Below are positions 29,792 through 33,629 of a DNA stretch of 33,629 bases, piece after piece. The translations under genes and the position numbers were made by a program. The notes beneath the pieces are model-generated. The model was given only the letters and a program-made list of their open reading frames with translations. It had not been told where the DNA came from and searched no databases. The stretch is from Candidatus Peribacterales bacterium. Its GTDB lineage: Bacteria; Patescibacteriota; Gracilibacteria; Peribacterales; Peribacteraceae. The DNA lies in NCBI GenBank assembly GCA_043747095.1, contig JAYTPR010000140.1, positions 1-33,629 on the forward strand. The letters are read 5' to 3'. Numbering within the stretch: the stretch's first letter is position 1; the number at the start of each line of letters is the position of its first letter.

Positions 29792-32700
29792 GCTTGTGCG
29801 GGAAATCTCTTCACTGCTTCCTCAATGCGCTTCTCGAAAATTGGAGACATAGTCACCGTCAGTCCAACCGGAATGGTTTTGTCACCAATCTGGAGCTGTA
29901 CTTTTTCGCTGCCGGGAAACGTTTCGAAAATGTTTTTTACCTCAAGGAGCAATTCTTTTGGCGCACGAGCGGGTAATTCAATCGTGTGAATGGAAATGGT
30001 AGGAATGGACGTTGGTGCTGCCTCCTGAGAAAGCGTATATCCCTTGAGCCCTAATTTTTCGAGCGGCTCTTTCACCGGCATGTCTTTTTGTAGCCACTGC
30101 GCCAGCGGCCCAAGAGTGCCATTCTGAGCAGGTTCATCAGGTACTATCGGAGTGATCGGGACCGTGACCGACACTGCCGCGACAACTTCTCCTTCATCAC
30201 TTACGGCTTCTACCACTTCTTCAACGACTTCACGCCGCTGAGTGCCACGCCAATTTTTTGCTTCATCTTCATTGAACATCCCAGCAGCTTTGGCATTCGC
30301 CACCATCGTTTCCAGTGATGCGCGCTTCATCGCTTCCATCTTGAGCTGCGGGAGACCCATACGCATATCCAGCGTGCCAGCCATGACAAGAATGGAATCG
30401 GCTTTTTCGAGCATGTCCTTGTACTGCGCGTACGTACGCGGGAACAGCATGACCTCTATTTTCCCCGTCGGGTCTTCCACGGTGACGATGGCCATACTCT
30501 CGCCCTTTTTGGTGTGGAGCACTTTTGTAGTTTCCACGATGCCAGCAACAGTGACCTTACGACCGACGTCATCTCCGTTCAGAGTTTCAATGAGACGCGC
30601 CTTCTTACCGATATATTTTTTGAGTCCAGCGAGCGGATGACTGGAAACATAGAGACCGATCGTTTCTTTTTCCCACTGCAGTTTTTGGTAGCCGCTTGCC
30701 GGTTCTTGTGGGCCAAATTCAATCGTTGCACCGTCAGAACCACGTCCAAGTGACTCAAACATGTCGGTCTGCGATGCGCCAACGTCTCCTGCAGATTTGC
30801 TGAACTCTGCGACTTTGTCGTACTGAGCAACGAGCACGCCGCGCTCACCGAAACAGTCGAGTGCGCCAGATTTGGCGAGCGACTCTAAGAGTTTCTTATT
30901 GAGAAGTTTGCTCGGCACTCTGCCTGCAAAGTCCTCAATGGAGGCGAATTTACCCTCTTTCTCACGAAGTTCGATGATTTGGCGAATGGAGCTTTCGCCG
31001 ACACCCTTCACACCAAGAAGTCCAAAACGAATGTTGCCCTCCGGAAGTGCTGTGAAATGGGCGAGTGACTCATTGAGATCCGGCGGAAGCACCTTGAGTC
31101 CCATGGCGCGAGCTTCTTCGATCTCAATCGAGATACGATCCGTGTCACCATCTTCACTCGAGAGAAGTGCGGCCATGAATTCCGTCGGATAACGCGCCTT
31201 CAGATACGCCGTTTCGTATGCAATGCGCGCGTAACACGCACCGTGCGATTTGTTGAAACCGTAGTTGGCAAATGGCGTGATGACATCATCGAAAATATTC
31301 ACCGCAAGCTTCTGCGTGTAACCACGTGACACCGCGCCTTTGATGAATTTATCGCGCTGCGCATCGAGCTCTTTTTTAATTTTTTTACCGATAGCGCGCC
31401 TGAGCAAGTCGGCTTCTCCAAGAGAAAAACCGGCAAACACCTTCGCCATTTCAAGAATCTGCTCCTGATAAATACCAACACCGTACGTCGGCTTCAAAAT
31501 CGGCTCCATGTCCTTGTGGACATACGTCACCTCTTTATCGCCGTGCTTACATTTGATGTAGTCCGGAATTTTATCCATCGGACCCGGACGGTATAGAGAC
31601 ACCATGGCCGTGATGTCATCGAGCTGAGTCGGTTTTAACTGCTTCAGATATCTGCGCATACCGGCAGACTCAAGCTGGAACACGCCGGTTGTTTCGCCTC
31701 GTGAGAGAAGCTCGAACGTTTGTTTGTCGTCAGTCGGAATCGATTCAATATCGATCTTCACATTGTGAATACGCTCGATGATGAGGAGTGCTGTCTGGAT
31801 GATCGTAAGGTTTTTGAGGCCGAGGAAGTCCATTTTCAGGAGTCCTAAGGCTTCCAGCGGCTTGGCGTGGAACTGCGTAATAATGGTGTTTTCGTCCTTT
31901 GGAGCGCGCTGCAAGGCCGTATATTTCACGGCGGGTTCTGGCGTGATGACGACACCACACGCGTGCACGGAAACGTGACGAGCTTTGCCTTCTAGCTTTA
32001 GTGCGATCTCGATGATCTTTTTATATGTATCGTTGGATTCGATGGCCCCCTGCAATTCATCTGTTGCAAGTGCCTCCTCCAGCGTTGTTCCTGGGCGATC
32101 TGAAATCACTTTTGCGAGTGCGTTCATTTCCGCAAATGACACTCCAAAAGCGCGACCGACGTCTTTGACGGCAGCTCTGGCCGCGAGCGTTCCAAACGTA
32201 CAAATCTGAATCACGCGATCTGCACCGTATTTTTCTCGCACATATTCAAGCACTTCGTCACGCCGTGTATCCGCGAAGTCGATATCAATATCCGGCATGG
32301 AGATACGTTCCGGATTGAGGAATCGCTCGAACAGAAGTCCTTGGGCGATGGGATCAAGCGTTGTGATATTCAGGACGTAACTCACGATGGAACCCGCAGC
32401 CGAACCACGACCAGGGCCAACCGTGATGCCGCGACGTTTGGCTTCCTGCACAAAGTCCGAGACGATGAGAAAGTAACCGGAGAAGCCCATATTTTTTATA
32501 ACTTCGAGCTCGTAGGCAAGACGCTCGCGGACGGTCTTTTCAAGCGCTGGATCAGTCTTCATCTGTACGCTGTAGCGCTTCAGGAGGCCAGTTTCGCATT
32601 GAGATTTGAGAAGCGACTCTTCGGTATCAGCACCTTTTACCGGAAATTTTGGAATGCGGTACTGACCGAAAGGAATCGTGATGTTGCAACGATCGGCGAT

Positions 32701-33510
32701 GACCGATGCGTTATCAAAAGCTTCTGGAATGTGTGCAAATGCTTCGCGCATTTCCTCGTCCGGACGCATGGAGAAATCTGAATCACGCATGCTGAACCTG
32801 CCAGCGTCTCCGACGTTCGCGTTTTTCTGAATACAGAGAAGTACGTCATGTGCTTCTGCATCTTCAGGGCGACAATAGTGGCTATTGCAGGTAGCTACGA
32901 CCGGTACGTTCAGCTCTTTTCCGAATTTAATGAGCTGCTGATTTACTTCTCGCTGCCCGGGAACACTCGGCAAATCCATGAGTTCGAAATACACATTGTC
33001 TGGACCGAAGTACGAACGGTACTGCTCGGTAAGAAGTTTCACGCGTTCAAAATCTTCGGCCAGTGCAGCTTGCGGAATACTGCCTCCAATAGGGCCAGTG
33101 AGCGCAATCAGGCCTTTGCCGTACTGCTTCAAAAGCTCCGCATCAACACGGGGCTTGTAGTACATACCCTCCATGGCGGCCTTTGTGGCGAGTGCCAAAA
33201 GGTTTTGGTAGCCCTCCTCATTTTCTGCGAGGAGAACGAGTGGATATCGACGTGTATCGGACGATGCCTCTTTGTCGTGACGCGTGCGTGACGCAACGTA
33301 CGTCTCAAGACCGAGAATTGGCTTGATCCCAGCATCTTTGGCAGCTTTGTAAAACTCGATCAAGCCGTATGTGTATCCCTTGTCTGCCATACCCACCGCT
33401 GTGTGACCAAGTTCCTTGGCACGATCAACAATTTCCTCAGGGCTTGGGAGGCCCTCTAAGAGCGAGAAAGTGGAGTGACAGTGCAGATGGACGAAACGTT
33501 CGGCGCTCAT
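29788..33510 (-). CDS. dnaE: DNA polymerase III alpha subunit
   Basis: 1240 aa. It has the PHP domain HLHCHSTFSLLEG, the polymerase core (PDIDIDF, GLLKMDFLGL), an HhH region and an OB fold, plus a non-conserved C-terminal extension. Confidence 0.95.
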   Translation of the reverse strand: MSAERFVHLHCHSTFSLLEGLPSPEEIVDRAKELGHTAVGMADKGYTYGLIEFYKAAKDAGIKPILGLETYVASRTRHDKEASSDTRRYPLVLLAENEEGYQNLLALATKAAMEGMYYKPRVDAELLKQYGKGLIALTGPIGGSIPQAALAEDFERVKLLTEQYRSYFGPDNVYFELMDLPSVPGQREVNQQLIKFGKELNVPVVATCNSHYCRPEDAEAHDVLLCIQKNANVGDAGRFSMRDSDFSMRPDEEMREAFAHIPEAFDNASVIADRCNITIPFGQYRIPKFPVKGADTEESLLKSQCETGLLKRYSVQMKTDPALEKTVRERLAYELEVIKNMGFSGYFLIVSDFVQEAKRRGITVGPGRGSAAGSIVSYVLNITTLDPIAQGLLFERFLNPERISMPDIDIDFADTRRDEVLEYVREKYGADRVIQICTFGTLAARAAVKDVGRAFGVSFAEMNALAKVISDRPGTTLEEALATDELQGAIESNDTYKKIIEIALKLEGKARHVSVHACGVVITPEPAVKYTALQRAPKDENTIITQFHAKPLEALGLLKMDFLGLKNLTIIQTALLIIERIHNVKIDIESIPTDDKQTFELLSRGETTGVFQLESAGMRRYLKQLKPTQLDDITAMVSLYRPGPMDKIPDYIKCKHGDKEVTYVHKDMEPILKPTYGVGIYQEQILEMAKVFAGFSLGEADLLRRAIGKKIKKELDAQRDKFIKGAVSRGYTQKLAVNIFDDVITPFANYGFNKSHGACYARIAYETAYLKARYPTEFMAALLSSEDGDTDRISIEIEEARAMGLKVLPPDLNESLAHFTALPEGNIRFGLLGVKGVGESSIRQIIELREKEGKFASIEDFAGRVPSKLLNKKLLESLAKSGALDCFGERGVLVAQYDKVAEFSKSAGDVGASQTDMFESLGRGSDGATIEFGPQEPASGYQKLQWEKETIGLYVSSHPLAGLKKYIGKKARLIETLNGDDVGRKVTVAGIVETTKVLHTKKGESMAIVTVEDPTGKIEVMLFPRTYAQYKDMLEKADSILVMAGTLDMRMGLPQLKMEAMKRASLETMVANAKAAGMFNEDEAKNWRGTQRREVVEEVVEAVSDEGEVVAAVSVTVPITPIVPDEPAQNGTLGPLAQWLQKDMPVKEPLEKLGLKGYTLSQEAAPTSIPTISIHTIELPARAPKELLLEVKNIFETFPGSEKVQLQIGDKTIPVGLTVTMSPIFEKRIEEAVKRFPAQA

Positions 33511-33629
33511 GCGCTCACGGTAACATTCGTAAGCCCTCTCGCCAACGCACTATGTTGTCCTTTTGTAGCGTTTAGGGACCAACAGAGCTACTGGAGGACA
33601 TGAGGGATTCTTCGATACACGCCGGAATC

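Noticed and set aside
29788-30300. Extra length of DnaE (1240 aa) as a possible intein or fused domain
   Set aside because: The extra residues form a C-terminal, low-conservation extension after the OB-fold region. They are not an internal insertion with intein splice-junction motifs, so this is probably lineage-specific tail sequence.
1-33629. CRISPR arrays, reverse transcriptase (DGR or retron), integrase, transposase, toxin-antitoxin pairs
   Set aside because: I found no regularly spaced repeats, no RT (YxDD) or recombinase motifs in any ORF, and no small two-gene cassette. The XRE gene has no adjacent toxin-sized partner.
1-33629. Alternative genetic code (TGA recoding, as in some candidate phyla)
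   Set aside because: All long housekeeping ORFs (dnaE, aspS, recJ, comM, glgP) are full length under the standard code, and TGA functions as a stop at the operon junctions (ATGA overlaps).
33511-33629. Possible partial CDS at the right-hand window edge (minus strand)
   Set aside because: Only about 13-20 codons are open in two different frames before stops, which is too short to support any call.

Overview
This is a 33.6-kb chromosomal segment. By eye it is about 50% GC, and the standard genetic code is sufficient because all housekeeping ORFs are intact without recoding. The proteins are divergent and many are orphans, so the source is probably an uncultivated lineage. A CPR/Peregrinibacteria-like origin is only a guess. 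Recognisable backbone genes are: a Sel1-repeat lipoprotein (partial), hsp20, an XRE regulator, recJ, a phosphomanno/phosphoglucomutase divergent from an alpha-glucan phosphorylase, tRNA-Asp(GTC), an OmpR-type response regulator with its histidine kinase, yraN, comM/yifB, pyrF, tRNA-Leu(TAG), aspS, nrdR, tsaC and dnaE. Accessory and envelope content includes three paralogous SLH-module proteins, a secreted Cys-rich-repeat protein translationally coupled to a membrane-tethered ECF-sigma/anti-sigma-like fusion, and a block of orphan charged coiled-coil proteins with a kinase-fold-like protein around tRNA-Leu. Five observations stand out. (1) A 37-nt imperfect direct repeat containing the tRNA-Asp 3' end recurs 2.97 kb downstream, and the two copies bracket an AT-rich insert whose only cargo is an SLH/beta-propeller gene, with no integrase. 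(2) At 10 genes a -10-like hexamer sits 5-8 nt upstream of the start codon with no Shine-Dalgarno, which suggests widespread leaderless mRNAs. (3) The sigma/anti-sigma fusion, Cys-rich protein and two-component system form one co-directional cluster. (4) A GC-rich REP-like palindromic element is inserted in frame in the phosphomannomutase gene. (5) A roughly 185-nt structured, non-coding stretch lies between the kinase stop and a terminator. I found no CRISPR array, reverse transcriptase, integrase or transposase. All coordinates and motifs were read by eye. No database searches or computed statistics were run.
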